From the NCBI RefSeq assembly GCF_006345805.1, contig NC_043001.1, positions 23,808,001-23,872,000 on the forward strand: 64,000 nucleotides of DNA, in the 5' to 3' direction. A program made the position numbers and the translations under genes. Numbering within the stretch: the first letter of the stretch is position 1; each line of letters opens with the position of its first letter. The stretch is from Octopus sinensis (taxonomy: Eukaryota). The notes under the pieces were generated by a model. It did not search any database and had not been told where the DNA came from. It was given only the letters and a program-made list of their open reading frames with translations. This document shows, piece after piece, positions 1-13,420 of the stretch.

Positions 1-441
1 TATATAGAGGGGGATAGAGAGATATAGACACCATTGACGCTAGAAAACCGGAAATATTTTTAAAAAACTTTCGAAGACGTGAATCTTATATAAAAAGCAA
101 TATTGAATATTTTTTAAATGACCAATGGATGTAAGGAAGACAATAAATTTCTGGAAGTTACTTCGCAAAGAGTTACCTCCGTTGTCCATGTAACCCAAGA
201 ACGGGTGTTCTCCACCCTTAAGATGTCCGGTACTCATTATGTGAAAAATTTTAAGAGTCTAGAACCATCCCTTGGAACTTAAGTAGTATATGTTCCCAGT
301 GTGGAGAAAATCAGTTAAAAATATGTTATAATCTTTTACACACACACTCACATAGAAGGGGATTTATATTATAGATATATATATATGTGCAAACACACAT
401 GTACATATAAACGCATATCTACATATAAATACCTACATATA

Positions 442-501
<60 letters not shown>

Positions 502-1991
502 TGCATGCGTGTATGTACGAAGTTGGTAATTTTCTATGTCTCCACTCAGATATTTTCTCATGTTACACTGAATTTTAGGTGCCGAAATCACTCCACAATG
601 ATTCATATGTTGTTTTTATTGGTTAAACTAGGTGTGATGGTCGGTTCTCTTAGTGTATTTGAAGTTATTGAGAGATTAACACTTTGTTCTCATTGTTCGC
701 AAGGGTTACTATTACACTAGATAACAACTGTCAGTTTTGAGAGAAGGCAACAACAACAAATTATAAAGCCTGAAGCAGTTTTCTCCCCTTAAAGGGAATA
801 TTCACCTTCTGTCGTAGCTCTCAATAAATTCACTCTCACAGCCTCTCTTACTCCTGAAGCAGTTGTAGACCGCAGCAGCAATAGTCCTTAGTCAAAATAT
901 CCACGTGTAATATCAACCGTTTGCATTTAAAATTTTCCGTGAAGATATTTTTTTCATAAAAGAATATCTCAGCTCTTACATCTAGGATATTATCTATTGC
1001 TGCTAAGAAGTTGTACACCATGCAGTGCCTACGTTGAATCGATTTCCGGTTACGTATGGTTGGTTTCCTCGATAAGATTCCATTTTATTGGAATACTATC
1101 GGTTTTTCTATTTCTGGGTTTCCAGATGTATTGATGCCATGATGTAGAGTTAAATCTGTATGTACGTGCTGCATATATCGTAGTTTTAAAAGCTGCCTCC
1201 CTGTCCATGAGAAGCCGCTGGCTACACGTTGCAGTGAACTTTTGCTCTTCACCAAAGACGACTAATGAAAAACAAACAATTCGACACGTGCCTATTTTCC
1301 ATGAATGACGACAAATTTTCTACCATTCATTGTTTTATAGCTTCAGGGATCACAAGTTGAGAAAAAACCGAGGATCAGCAGAGCAAACTGTAAATTATTT
1401 CACACTCACATACATACATACATACATACATACATACATGCATGCATACATGCATGCATACATACATGCATACATACATGCATGCATACATACATGCATA
1501 CATACATACATACATGCATACATACATACATACATACATACACACGCGCACACATCTATCTATCTAAGAATAAGTACTAGGCTTAAAAAAGAATAAGTCC
1601 TAGGGTCGATTTGTCTGACTAAAGGCGGTGCTCCAGCATGGCCGCAGTCAAATGATTGAAACAAGTAAAAGAGTAACAATTATCATTGTTGTTAGCCAAA
1701 TTCCAGCGATGGAGATTTTGTATTTGTTTCCAGGTCCTTCCTGCAAAGAAGAGCAGTAATAAATATAAAAGTAAAGACATACCAATATATGACGCCCCTC
1801 CCCCGCCGCCACACACTCACGCACATATACTAGTTTTAAATTTTGACACAAGTCTAGCAATTTTAGGGATGGGGTAAGTCAGTTACATCGACCCGTCTTC
1901 ACGGTCCCGAAAGGAATGAAAAGAATTTGAACTCAGAACGTAAAGATGGACGAAATGCCGCTAAGCATTTACCACGATGTACTAACGATTC

Positions 1992-2594
1992 TTATTTCTT
2001 TATTGCCCCCAAGGAGCTAAACATAGAGGGGGACAAACAAGGACAGACAAAGGGATTAAGTCGATTATATCGACCCCAGTGCCCAACTGGTACTTTATTT
2101 ATCGACCCCGAAAGGGTGAAAGGTAAAGTCGACCTCGGCGGAATTTGAACTCAGAACGTAATAGCAGACGAAATACCTATTTCTTTACTACCTACAAGGG
2201 GCTAAAGACAGAGAGGACAAACAAGGACAGACACACGAATTAAGTCGATTACATCGACCCTAGTGGGTACTGGTACTTATTTAATCGACCCCGAAAGGAT
2301 GAAAAGCAAAGTCGATCGCGGCGGAATTTGCACTCAGCATGTAGCGGCAGACGAAATACCTATTTCTTTACTACCCACAAGGGGCTAAACACAGAAGGGG
2401 ACAAACAAGGACAGACAAACGGATTAAGTCGATTACATCGACCCCAGTGTGTAACTGGTACTTATTTAATCGACCCCGAAAGGATGAAAGGCAAAGTCGA
2501 CCTCGGCGGAATTTGAACTCAGAACGTAACGGCAAACGAAATACGGCTACGCGTTTCTCCCGGCGTACTAATGTTTCTGCCAGTTCGCCGCCTT
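1992..2594 (-). mobile_element. tRNA-derived SINE family A (Meta-SINE-like core), head-to-tail trimer
   Basis: Minus-strand head aaggcggcgaactggcagaaac with B-box-like gagttcaaattcc. The core gcctttcatcctttcggggtcgat plus the tagccccttgtggg tail is repeated three times. Confidence 0.85.
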
Positions 2595-2726
2595 ATACGT
2601 ACGCCCACATATTGCCATATTTTCTCTCATTCTCTTTGATTTCTTTCATGTTTCGTTATTTGTGGTGCATACTATTTCCCCTTCCTTTACTTCATCCTTT
2701 GAACTCATTATTTCCATGTTACTATA

Positions 2727-3106
2727 CACTTGCGTCAGAAATTAATTAGCACTTCTCAAATTTCTACATTAAATAGGTTAAATCAATTAACCTATGAGCT
2801 GTTCAAAACGTCTTACGCGATGAGAAAACTTAGTATGGTGTGATTTCGGTCCTTGCGAGGCGCTACCTATATCTATTAAACAAAGGAAGATTTGTCTGCA
2901 TCCGCACTCCAAGTTGTTGTTGCACTGCTATGTCAACATCATAAGGCTGTAGACTCTCAAACTGCTCTGCAAACAAAGTTACGTCATCGTTCTGCGCAAC
3001 AGTGAACTCGCAACAAAGCAATAGTTCGAGATATGGCCACTAGGTGACATCACATACCTTGAGTGAAGAGCAAATCAAGGGTGCTAATTAATTTCTGACG
3101 GTAGTG
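2727..3106. mobile_element. Tc1/mariner-type MITE
   Basis: About 26-bp TIRs cacttgcgtcagaaattaattagcac / gtgctaattaatttctgacggtagtg, with TA on both sides. Confidence 0.75.
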
Positions 3107-3659
3107 TATTTGCATCAGTGTTCATATTGTTTACGCAAATCTCATTCCGCTTAAAACGTTATTACAAATCTTTTGTTACCATTTCTTTGTTGCCTGGCAA
3201 CTCCATGAAAATACGGCAACATTTTTCTAGCTCGCGGGTTTGAACCTTCTAAAATGCTAAACTTTTCAGTTTCCTTTAATTCTCATTCGATCTGAAGTCT
3301 TTTGGCGAAAAATAACAGCTTTATATATATATTTTACTTCTATTTTATATATATTTTATTTCTATTTTATATATATTTTACTTCTATTTATAGCATTTCG
3401 ATTGTTTTTTATAATTTTATTCTAGTTATCATTTTAACATTTTTCACTCATTCTTGCACATTTTCTGCTTGTTTTGCTATAGCACGCCAATACATGCATG
3501 CATTCATACATACATACATACATACATACATACATACTACATACATACATACATACATACATACATGCATACATAAAAATATGTGTGTTTGTAATTATGT
3601 ATGTGTGGAGGTGCGTGGCTTAGTGGTTAGGTTGAGGCTTTCTGACAATTCTTGGGTTG

Positions 3660-4097
3660 TGCAATGTGGGTTAGTCTGCATTAATGACTTGATTTGGTCA
3701 TCATCTGCAGTGGACGGTCTGTCTGATCACTCTTTATCAGTAAGGCTACAATCTCCAGCTCGGAACCTTGCGAATCATTTCCGTACAGTTCTTTCGGATA
3801 AAGAAACATTACCGTAAACTGCGCATATTTGTTTGGTTACTTGTGAGGCACTTTTCCCTTTACGGAAAAAGAAAAGCATCAAGTGCCGAAAATGAACTTT
3901 CTTATCTTCCATTTTAAAGGGTCACAGAATTAACACAGGTTATAGGAACATAAAACCTTCTTCCACAAAAAGATAGCTTAAACTGTGCTCTAAATGGAGG
4001 TGTAGTCAAATCCTGTTTTATGGACTCAACCATGTTCTAAAATAAGTTGAAAGATAAGCTACTATAAATCGGCACGAATTTTCCGGACAACCCAATA
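3660..4097 (-). pseudogene. mariner transposase 5' remnant with TIR
   Basis: Manual translation from the ATG at 3912: MEDKKVHFRHLMLFFFRKGKSASQVTKQICAVYG..SERTVRK*FARFRAGD..SDRPS..DDDQIK (mariner N-terminal HTH, with stops). TIR-like TA-ttgggttgtccggaaa at about 4070-4097. Confidence 0.85.
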
Positions 4098-5679
4098 TTT
4101 CTACATGTCATGCGTTGGAGAATATTTGACTATCGTTTACTATTGGAAATAATAATTATTTGAATTTCTACATTCATTCAGGTTTTAAGCCAAAATTTTC
4201 CATTACAAAGTTACTATTTTTTTTATGTTTGTGTCATCTAAATGATATGTGCAGAGAAGCTTGTGTTTCTGTTTCGGAAGTTTGTATAGTAATATCATAG
4301 TTATGTCATGCAATGCAGATTTCTATCTATCAAAGTATTTATGTTTACCACTTTGATCTGACAAAGCGTAAACTGCAACACACTGTAAAACTGAACCGTT
4401 TTTACTTCCATACTTAGAACGATGTTTTTGTTTCACAAATCACGTTGCAAGAGGTTTTATTATGTTTTGTTTACAGCCAAGTTCTGATGAATGTAAATGT
4501 TAAGCAAAATATTGTAGATCTAACAGTTAAGATTATTTCGATTGTGTTCCAGGATTTACTTGTAAACAAAATGGAATATAAACTGTAAAAAAATACGTGA
4601 TTTGTAAACCGAAACATTATTCTACGCATGGGAGCAAAAACGATTCGATTTTACGACATATCGCGATCTATGCTTCATTTTCAGGTCATGTTATATTAGT
4701 TGCCTTGTATTGATTTATACCACAATGACATGTAATGTTATATGTCGATATTCTTAGTTTTTGCATGAATCCAAACACTTGTGTAATACCAACTCTTCTA
4801 CTAAATGAATAATCTCAATTAAGATCGAAAAAAAAAAAACCCCATTTATATACTGCTATCAAAATCAACAGCTAATATCCTTTCTATATTATAGGCATAA
4901 GACCTGGAATCTATTTGATTACATCGAGCCCAGTGTTTACTGACCCGAAAGGATGCAAGACAAAGTAGACCTCGGCAGAATTTGAACCCAGAACATAAAG
5001 ACGGACGAAATGATGTCAAGCGTGCTAACGATTCTGCCAGCTTGCGGCCTAAGCCAACAACTAGTATCTTTAAAATATTTTTATTCATGAAAACATTGAT
5101 TTTTCGTATTGGTAAAAGTGGAAGACAACGGATATGTCAATCAGTATCATCGATTGACTAAAAGTGTGTAGGGATTTGGAGGGTCGGTTCAGGATCATAA
5201 AATTATGCATTCGATTCCTGGACCGGGTAGCACGGTGTGTCCTTGAGTAAAGCACTTCATTTCACGTTACTCCTATCTAGTCAGAAGTTATGAGTTTTCA
5301 GCCAGATGCTGGTGTAGCCTTCTTCCCCTCTAGCTATTATAACTTGAGTGTTTCACAGCATCAAGTGTTTGGGGGCCGAGGGAGTGTCGATGTTTGCCAG
5401 CGACTACATAAAACACTTTAAAAGCATGCTACAGTTTGCCAAGTCACATTCGCATACAAGTGACAGCTGAACTATCCTTTGTAGAATGGATTGAATCAAC
5501 TCCAGCATATGCTTGTCATCCGGAGAAACTTGAACTCAAAATGCGGTATAAATAAGTTATATAAGTCATGAAATAGGAGATATAGTTGCCAGGTCTAAGT
5601 CAAAGCTTCCAGATTTAAATAAGACGGAATGAAATTATTTTATAGTAGAGCACGCTGGAATTCATCCAACAATAAGACC

Positions 5680-6063
5680 CCAGGTTCAATTCAGATGACT
5701 ATGTGAGACTGTTGGATACGGTGGTCAATCACTTGCTGGAGAGGGTTGTTACGGGCAGGCCTTATGTGTAGCGGAACGATCCAGCTCCTTACCATACCCC
5801 CAGAAAGAATTGGCGGGGAATTTCTAGAACTTCACGGACCCCGATTTCTGGCTTCTTAATTCACCCGATTGCAATCCCATAGATTAATATACGTGAGGCG
5901 CGGAAGAGAAAGACACCAACCGCCCTGTCTACAGCAACAAGGCCGAGCCGTTGACCAAGAAAATCAAGGTGTTTGAAAATCTCAGGGGCACAGTAAGGAA
6001 CGCATGCACCAGGTTCCGGAGCCGTATTGAGGTCGTGGTGGAAGTTGGAGGAAGCTACTTTGA
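5680..6063 (+). pseudogene. Tc1/maT-like transposase C-terminal remnant
   Basis: Manual translation gives RPYV*RNDPAPYHT, FWLLNSPDCNPID*Y and VRNACTRFRSRIEVVVEVGGSYFE. These match the QQDxAPxH and WPPNSPDLNPxD motifs. Confidence 0.75.
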
Positions 6064-6094
6064 GCAAACTGTTATCTCCCAGACATCATCTACT

Positions 6095-6544
6095 CTTTAC
6101 TCTCTTTTACTCTTTTACTTGTTTCAGTCATTTGACTGTGGCCATGCTGGACCACCGCCTGTAGTCGAGCAAGTCAATCCCAGGGCTTATTCTTCGTCAG
6201 CCTAGTACTTATTCTACCGGTCTCTTTTGCCGAACCGATAGATTACGGGGACGTAAACACACCAGCATCGGTTGTCAAGCGATGCTGAGGGGACAAACAC
6301 AGACACATAAACACACAGACACAGACACAGACACAGACACACACACACACACACACACACTCATATATATACATATATACGACGGGCTTCCGTTAGATTC
6401 CGTCTACCAAATCCACTCACAAGGCTTTGGTCGGCCCGAGGCTATAGTAGAAGACACTTGGCCAAGGTGTCACGCAGTGGGACTGAACCCAGAACCACGT
6501 GGTTGGTAAGCAAGCTACTTACCACACAGCCACTCCTACGCCTA
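6095..6544 (-). mobile_element. tRNA-derived SINE family B (CORE-like) with internal microsatellite
   Basis: Head aggcgtaggagtggctgtgtggtaag, gggttcagtccc, accttggccaagtg; central (TA)/(TG)n; tail gactgaaacaag(taaaagag)n. Confidence 0.85.
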
Positions 6545-7211
6545 TATCTTGTAAATTTTGGGGGATTTTTCAAAAATACTTTTACTTTTGATAGGATATT
6601 GTGTTATCTTTTCTTTGCATGCAAACTGTCAAATTTATCCCAAACACTCTGTATCATATTGTTATACGACAAATAAACTATAAAGGATGGAAAGGAACGG
6701 CAACAAATATGATTATCCGTTGTACAAAACACCGCGCTCTTATTGTAATCTTTTAAGTGACAATCTTGAATGAATTCGCGTGGACGAAAATCAAAACTAG
6801 CATTGTACTGTAGCCGAAAGACAAATATATGAAACAATAGATTTCTACCACAATGACCAAAGGCAAGTAAGAAGCTCGTGTACATATTGTAATATATAAA
6901 TACTAATGAACCGGTAGCGATGGAATAAAACCTAATGTCACTCTTAGACCGACATAGGTTTTTTTTAGCAACGTTAACGGATATATGTATATACAAACAT
7001 TCACTTACACATACATACATACATACTACATACATACATACATACATACATACATACACACACATATATGTATACATATACATCTGTTTGTATATACATA
7101 TATTCATCCATCCATCCATCCATCCATCCATTTTTATATATGTGACTGCGTGTGTATCGTTGGCGAATTTCTTTCTCCGTCTTCCTTTCCTTGGACCTTT
7201 CCTTTTCCTAT

Positions 7212-7247
7212 GTTTCTGACGAAGAGCTCCGCTCGAAACGTTAAATC
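7212..7247 (+). ncRNA. minimal type I hammerhead ribozyme motif in a short TA-flanked element (about 7148-7344)
   Basis: gttt-CTGACGA-a-gagc(tcc)gctc-GAAA-cgtt-aaatc: intact core, 4-bp stem II, palindromic AACGTT stem III, weak stem I. Confidence 0.6.
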
Positions 7248-7367
7248 TTCCTTCTTTCTTTCCTTTCCTGAGCGTCCAATAACACTATACTTGTTCCACG
7301 CCTTCGCGTTGTTGTGTTTTCTCTTTATTCATGTTTGGAGTAACTATATATATATATATATATATAT

Positions 7368-8375
7368 TGTTACGAACCACCCGCCGTCGCTCAAACTCTT
7401 CGGAAAAACCCGGGACCCTACCAAGTCGAGCGACGACGAGCGACCGGCTCGATCGAACGGTGAATTCGCCACGGACTCAGAGAGAGAGAATTCGGCGGGG
7501 AGAAGGCGGCAACGAACACGGCAACCGGCGACCGGAGATAACACAACAACAAACAACAGCAAGAAGAGACACAGAGAGAGACGGCGGAAGGCAATTGGCT
7601 ACATTTAACAACAGTAGTTTATAACAATTATTACATCAAATACATCAAAGAAAATACGTGCAAGAAAACAAGGAAACAACAAATCAAAGCATGCAGATAC
7701 ATTTCAGAGACAACAGTTCAAATCACTTAAACGTTCACTTATAGTTCAGAGACAAATCAGTTCTAGTTCATTAACGATACAGTTCAAAGTTCTTTAAAGT
7801 CTTTCTCTTTCTTTGCTTTCCGCAATTCTGTAACACAGTACTTTTCAACAACTCTTTTCACAATGTCTTTACACAATTCAGTACTTCTCCCTCCTTTTTT
7901 CAACACATCAATTCTTTTACATTTCAACAATTCTTTTTCCTTCTTTAACACATATCAAAACATAAATAAACATACCGTTACGAGCTACTACAATGGCCAG
8001 TGCCCTCATACCGTAGTCCCTCTCTCTTAGCTCCGTAATCCTATCTGCCTGTCTTCCTCTTTCACATTCACTGTCATTCTCTCGATTGTCATCCCTCACA
8101 TTTTCTGTCTGTTTTTCTCAACTGACCGCCTTCGTATCTCTCCCGTCTCTGGCCAGAACTGCGGGCCGACTGGCAAACTCACCAACGCGTCGCGTTTTTA
8201 AAGGGGTGGTTTCTCGACCTTTCCTTGACCGGCACAAGGCCAAAGGTCTCCTCAAAACTCATTAATCCTTCCAGGATCTGACGGAACAAAGGACAATAAC
8301 TTTGTATTCCAGACTTTCAGACTACAACGAGCAAAGTAGGTCATAGCATTTGTTTCCCGAATTGACCCCCATAAC
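7368..8375. mobile_element. probable solo LTR
   Basis: About 1-kb CpG-rich block with sharp edges inside (TA)n. Ends are tgtta...taac (short terminal IR; the final A of CA is missing). Confidence 0.45.
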
Positions 8376-8456
<81 letters not shown>

Positions 8457-8696
8457 ATATATCTTATATATATATATATATATATATCTATAAATGTATG
8501 TATGTACACACACACACATACGCATATATGATTTGATTTGATTTGATCTAGTTTCAGCTCATGAACTGTGACCATGCTGGGGCATTGGCATTTGTTGTTG
8601 CTACACAATTTTACTTTCCTAATTCTTTTTAAAAATTGACATTTGGTGCATGAGGGGGTTTGATGCCGCTGCCCTCATGATATATATATATATATG

Positions 8697-8917
8697 TTTT
8701 ATTGTGTCTGGGGAGAGTCATTCTGTTTTAATGCCTTATTAATTAATTAATCAATCGCGATTCGATTTAATTGCGAATAAACGACCATTGAAGAGGTTGC
8801 AAGAAGCAACGAAAATTTTAGAAAAAAATAAACAAGTAAATGAGTAGTAATTGAACCGGTGAGTGTTTTAATTAATAAGGCATTAAAACAGAATGACTCT
8901 CGCCAGACACAATAAAA
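8697..8917. repeat. 50-bp inverted repeat enclosing an HHR-like core
   Basis: Arms 8697-8746 and 8868-8917 with 1 mismatch. The spacer has TTGAAGA-g-gttgc(aagaa)gcaac-GAAA at 8788-8814. Confidence 0.8.
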
Positions 8918-8990
8918 TATGCTTCAACACATGACTTCACATAAAGAATCTTGTAAACCAAATACAAACGAAATATGTATGTATATATGT

Positions 8991-9081
<91 letters not shown>

Positions 9082-9559
9082 ATGTGTGTGTGTGTGTATT
9101 TTCCAGATTAGTGCGATCATCTCTCGGAAAAAAAGACGTTACTTTTTCTTGTTTTTCTTTAATTCATTATCTTAAGAACTATATCTTCCAACTTGCTCAC
9201 GCTTCTCTATCTCTCTCATTCACCATCTATCTATATCTTCCAGCTTGCTGACGTTGTTCACGTAACCGCTACTAACCTCCACCTGATCAACAAAACTGAT
9301 TGTACTGCAAGGATGTCTTTTTAGGCATCCCACCCCATCATCAAACAAAAAGCCAGGTCGCTCTCGAGTATTATTAATTGATCTTGTTCGCTACTGGTAA
9401 CATGTAACCCAGTACAACTTGCTACATGGTCGGGTCGTCGGCGACTAAATTGGCAACCCTACCGAGCTTGCTTGATGAGGAGCGTGATAGGACATCCTGC
9501 AGGACGAAAAATAAAACTGTGCTAGAATGAAAGAGGCATCAAACTTGACACCAAAGTGG

Positions 9560-10170
9560 ATACCCTATAGGCGACACATTAACCAACTAGCTATCGTCCA
9601 CAAAGACTGTCTAAGGACATTCACTGCGGTTATTCACTAAAAGACAAAGTTTCTAATGCCAACTTGTTTAGCAAGTGTAAGATTGGTGGAATTGAGAGCC
9701 TCCTTATATAATCATAATTGCGCTGGGCTGGCTATGTCATCAGAATGAGTGACGAAAGAATACCCAAAGTCTTCATGTACCGCCAGCTTGAGGGTGGGCA
9801 CAGTAATGTTGATCGTCCATAGCTCAGATATAAGGACAAGCTGAAGAGTAACTTCTTAGAAATGAAGATCACTCACAACACCTTTGAGCGAACAACCTTG
9901 GAACGGACAAAATGGAGATCATTATGTCAAAATGGTATTAAAAACTGTTGCAACTAGAATTAACAGGTTTCGGAGTGCAAAGGAAAGGAAAAAAGTGATT
10001 GAAAATATACCACATGCACTGACCTGTAATCCTCATACTTGTAACATCTGTGGCTTTCTTTGCAAATCTTTGGCAGGTCTTAAATGTCACATTCGACATA
10101 AGCATTATGACTGACAAAGAAAGAGTATGTTGTCGGAGCCTCATACGTCGAAACAGACGGGAGAGTCCAT
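9560..10170 (+). pseudogene. RTE-clade LINE 3' fragment
   Basis: LRWAGYVIRMSDERIPKVFMY..RP*LRYKDKLK and terminal CNICGFLCKSLAGLKCHIRHKH zinc finger; stops and frameshifts. Confidence 0.85.
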
Positions 10171-10179
10171 CATATATAT

Positions 10180-10698
10180 ATTTCTTTACTGCCCACAAGG
10201 GGCTAAACATAGAGGGGATAAACAAGGACAGACAAAGGGATTAAGTCGATTATATCGAACCCAGTGCGTAACTGGTACTTCATTTATCGACCCCGAAAGG
10301 ATGAAAGGCAAAGTCGACCTCGGCAGAATTTGAACTCAGAACGTAACGACAGACGAAATACCTATTTCTTTATTACCCACAAGGGGCTAAACACAGAGAG
10401 GACAAACAAGGACAGACATAGGTATTAAGTCGATTATATCGACCCCAGTGCGTAATTGGTACTTAATTTATCGACCCCGAAAGGATGAAAGGCAAAGTCG
10501 ACCTCGGCGGAATTTGAACTCACAATGTAACGCAGACGAATTACCGCTAAGCATTTCGCCCGGCGTGCTAACGTTTCTGCCAGCTCGCCTCCCGGCCTCG
10601 ACAGACCTCGGCGGAATTTGAACTCACAACGTAACGCAGACGAATTACTGCTAAGCATTTCGCCCGGCACGCTAACGTTTCTGCCAGCTCGCCGCCTT
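10180..10698 (-). mobile_element. SINE family A multimer with TSD
   Basis: Duplicated head and body. 16-bp TSD agtccatcatatatat at 10164-10179 and 10699-10714. Confidence 0.9.
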
Positions 10699-10960
10699 AG
10701 TCCATCATATATATGGTAAATGAAAGACGGAAGATGGAATATATGAGAATTTATTATTAATCACGACAATCGTTTCGACACATCTAGTAATATAGTTTGC
10801 ATGAAATATTGTCTGATGTATAAAAATGCTTTTAATTAATTTTTTATAACGACAAAACAATATAAGTTGTAAGAAATAAGACAGGTCGAAGGGTTTTTTT
10901 TCGATGTATTGTGTCTTACAACTTCAAATTTTTGGGGTTTATGAAACAATGATTAAAACA

Positions 10961-11029
<69 letters not shown>

Positions 11030-11848
11030 ACGCACATATATAAATGCTTAATGATTCATGGAATGGACACAGAGCAATGGGAATCTAAAACATAACAAAT
11101 CGATTTACTGTTAATACGTTCTGTCAGGTTCGAACGTGAATACCTGATCGTCGTTGTTTTCATTAACGGAGAAGACATCCTCCCTTCAGCCGACGTTTCG
11201 ACCTCCTTGTCTCCTTGTTTGCCTCCACAGTTGAAGCTACCTCACCGGACCGACTAATTTCAGCGGATCATGAACTCTCGTTTATAGGAATCAGGAAACA
11301 AATTATTTACTGATGTGCGCTGATGATTGCCATACAGAAAACAATTCAAGGGGTGCACACAGTACAACGAAAATCACATTTCGAATCTGCTAAAACGTGT
11401 TGGGAATAAATATACTCGTTACTGTTTGGATTCTCACGCTTCTGAATGTATTTCCATCAATTATTACCTGCTTGGCAAACATCAGCACGCATCAACAAAT
11501 AATTAGTTTCCTATAAACATGAGCTCGAACTGTAAGATCCATCATTCTGGCGGGATAACTTCGAACGAGAAGACGTAACGAAGTCAAAGCACTGTGGTGT
11601 CACGAAGTCTCCATACGCAGGCGTATCGCGTTTGTTATGAACACACATTGCCTAATGGTTGTGTTAACTAATGTGAACATCAAAAGCCAATTCTTCTTCA
11701 TCAATTGAATAAGATTATTAAACCAGTGAATATGTGTTCGCTTTTAATTTTCATACAAGAGAAACAAGAGGAGAGCTTCATTAAAAGTCAGGGATGGTTA
11801 CATAATATTTTACATTTGATACATACAGTTCCTATGAGATGACTTCAT

Positions 11849-12100
11849 ACTTACATACATACATACATACACACATACATACATACATACATACGTACAT
11901 ACATATATACGTACGTACGAACATACATACATACATACATACATACATACATACATGCATGCATGCATCCATCCATCCATCCATACATACATACATACAT
12001 ACATACATACATACAAGCATGCATGCATGCATACATACATGCATGCATGCATGCATACATGCATGCATGCATGCATACATACATACATACATACATACAT
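11849..12100. repeat. (TACA/TGCA/TCCA)n tetranucleotide microsatellite
   Basis: Direct reading. It is the source of several spurious YIHT/MYVC ORFs. Confidence 0.95.
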
Positions 12101-12356
12101 ATTTACTGTACCTACTCTGCATTATGTTTAAATTATAAATTAAAGGCACTGAAGTGACACCGCATGTTTTTCTGTTCCCTGTTTCTAATATACTTATATG
12201 TATGCATATGAGAGTATAATTAAGTAAAAGGCAATCATAGAAAAAGGAATTGTATATTTGGATAACAAATTTGTATATATTTGTATATCAAAGATAAATG
12301 AGAGATGAAAATAAATAAATAAATGTATACTCTAAATGAATTATATAAATCGATAA

Positions 12357-12537
12357 CGTGCGTATTTATTCTTGATACTTTCCGGCAGATTCGAATGCAA
12401 ATACGCTAATCTCTGCCGTGTAAGTCACAGGAGAACAGCTTCTTGTTTATGTTATGATCACATAGTCGGTGTACGCGATGGAGATTAGCATATTTGCGTT
12501 CGAACCTACCGGAACGTATTAAGAACAAATACGCATG
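12357..12537. repeat. degenerate inverted repeat (MITE-like)
   Basis: Arms 12357-12413 and 12481-12537, about 8 mismatches, mostly transitions. Confidence 0.7.
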
Positions 12538-12664
12538 ATGTTGTTTCAGGTCTCGCTGCTCACTGCAATAACGATATAGTAATTATATAGATGTATAATA
12601 TAAATGAAATAAATAAATAAGAAAAAAACCCAACACAGGTCAGTTTGGGTTAAGGTTAGGGTTA

Positions 12665-12829
12665 GGCGTAGGAGTGGCTGTGTGGTAAGTAGCTTGCTTA
12701 CCAACCACATGGTTCCGGGTTCAGTCCCACTGCGTGGCACCTTGGGCAAGTGTCTTCTACTATAGCCTCGGGCCGACCAAGGCCTTGTGAGTGGATTTGG
12801 TAGACGGAAACTGAAAGAAGCCCGTCGTA

Positions 12830-12888
<59 letters not shown>

Positions 12889-13109
12889 GTGTGTGTATGT
12901 GTTTGTGTGTTTGTCTCCCCAACATCGCTTGACAACCGATGGTGGTGTGTTTACGTCCCCGTAACTTAGCGGTTCGGCAAAAGAGACCGATTGAATAAGT
13001 ACTAGGCTTACAAAGAATAAGTCCTGGGGTCGACTTGCTCGACTAAAAAGATGGTGCTCCAGCATGGCCACAGTCAAATGACTGAAACAAGTAAAAGAGT
13101 AAAAAGAGA
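12665..13109 (+). mobile_element. SINE family B, full length
   Basis: Head aggcgtaggagtggc, accttgggcaagtg, internal (TA)n(TG)n, (taaaagag)n tail. Confidence 0.9.
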
Positions 13110-13311
13110 GTAAGGAGTTATTAGTTGAACATAGAAAGAGACTAGTTAGGTATCTAGGCAGCTTGTTGAAAGGACTTTGACAGACTGGGATATAAAAGGC
13201 GTAAAATAGGATTTGTTTGAAAATTATATATATTCGACTAAAACCCTTCAAGGCGGTGACCTAGCATGGCCGCAGTCAAATGACTGAAACCAGTCAAAAG
13301 AATAAAAGTTA

Positions 13312-13346
<35 letters not shown>

Positions 13347-13420
13347 ATAGATTATATTATATATATATATATATAATATATATATATATATATAATATTA
13401 TTATATAATATATATATATA

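Noticed and set aside
540-1330. Possible eroded Penelope RT/GIY-YIG coding remnant on the minus strand
   Set aside because: Only faint motif echoes (e.g. TSNTLRE); cannot be supported without a profile search.
10760-10925. Minus-strand gtc-GAAAC-gatt-GTC with a distant gacaca/tgtgtc pairing
   Set aside because: No recognisable CUGANGA core.
12647-12666. Short TTAGGG-like run
   Set aside because: Too short and degenerate to indicate a telomere.
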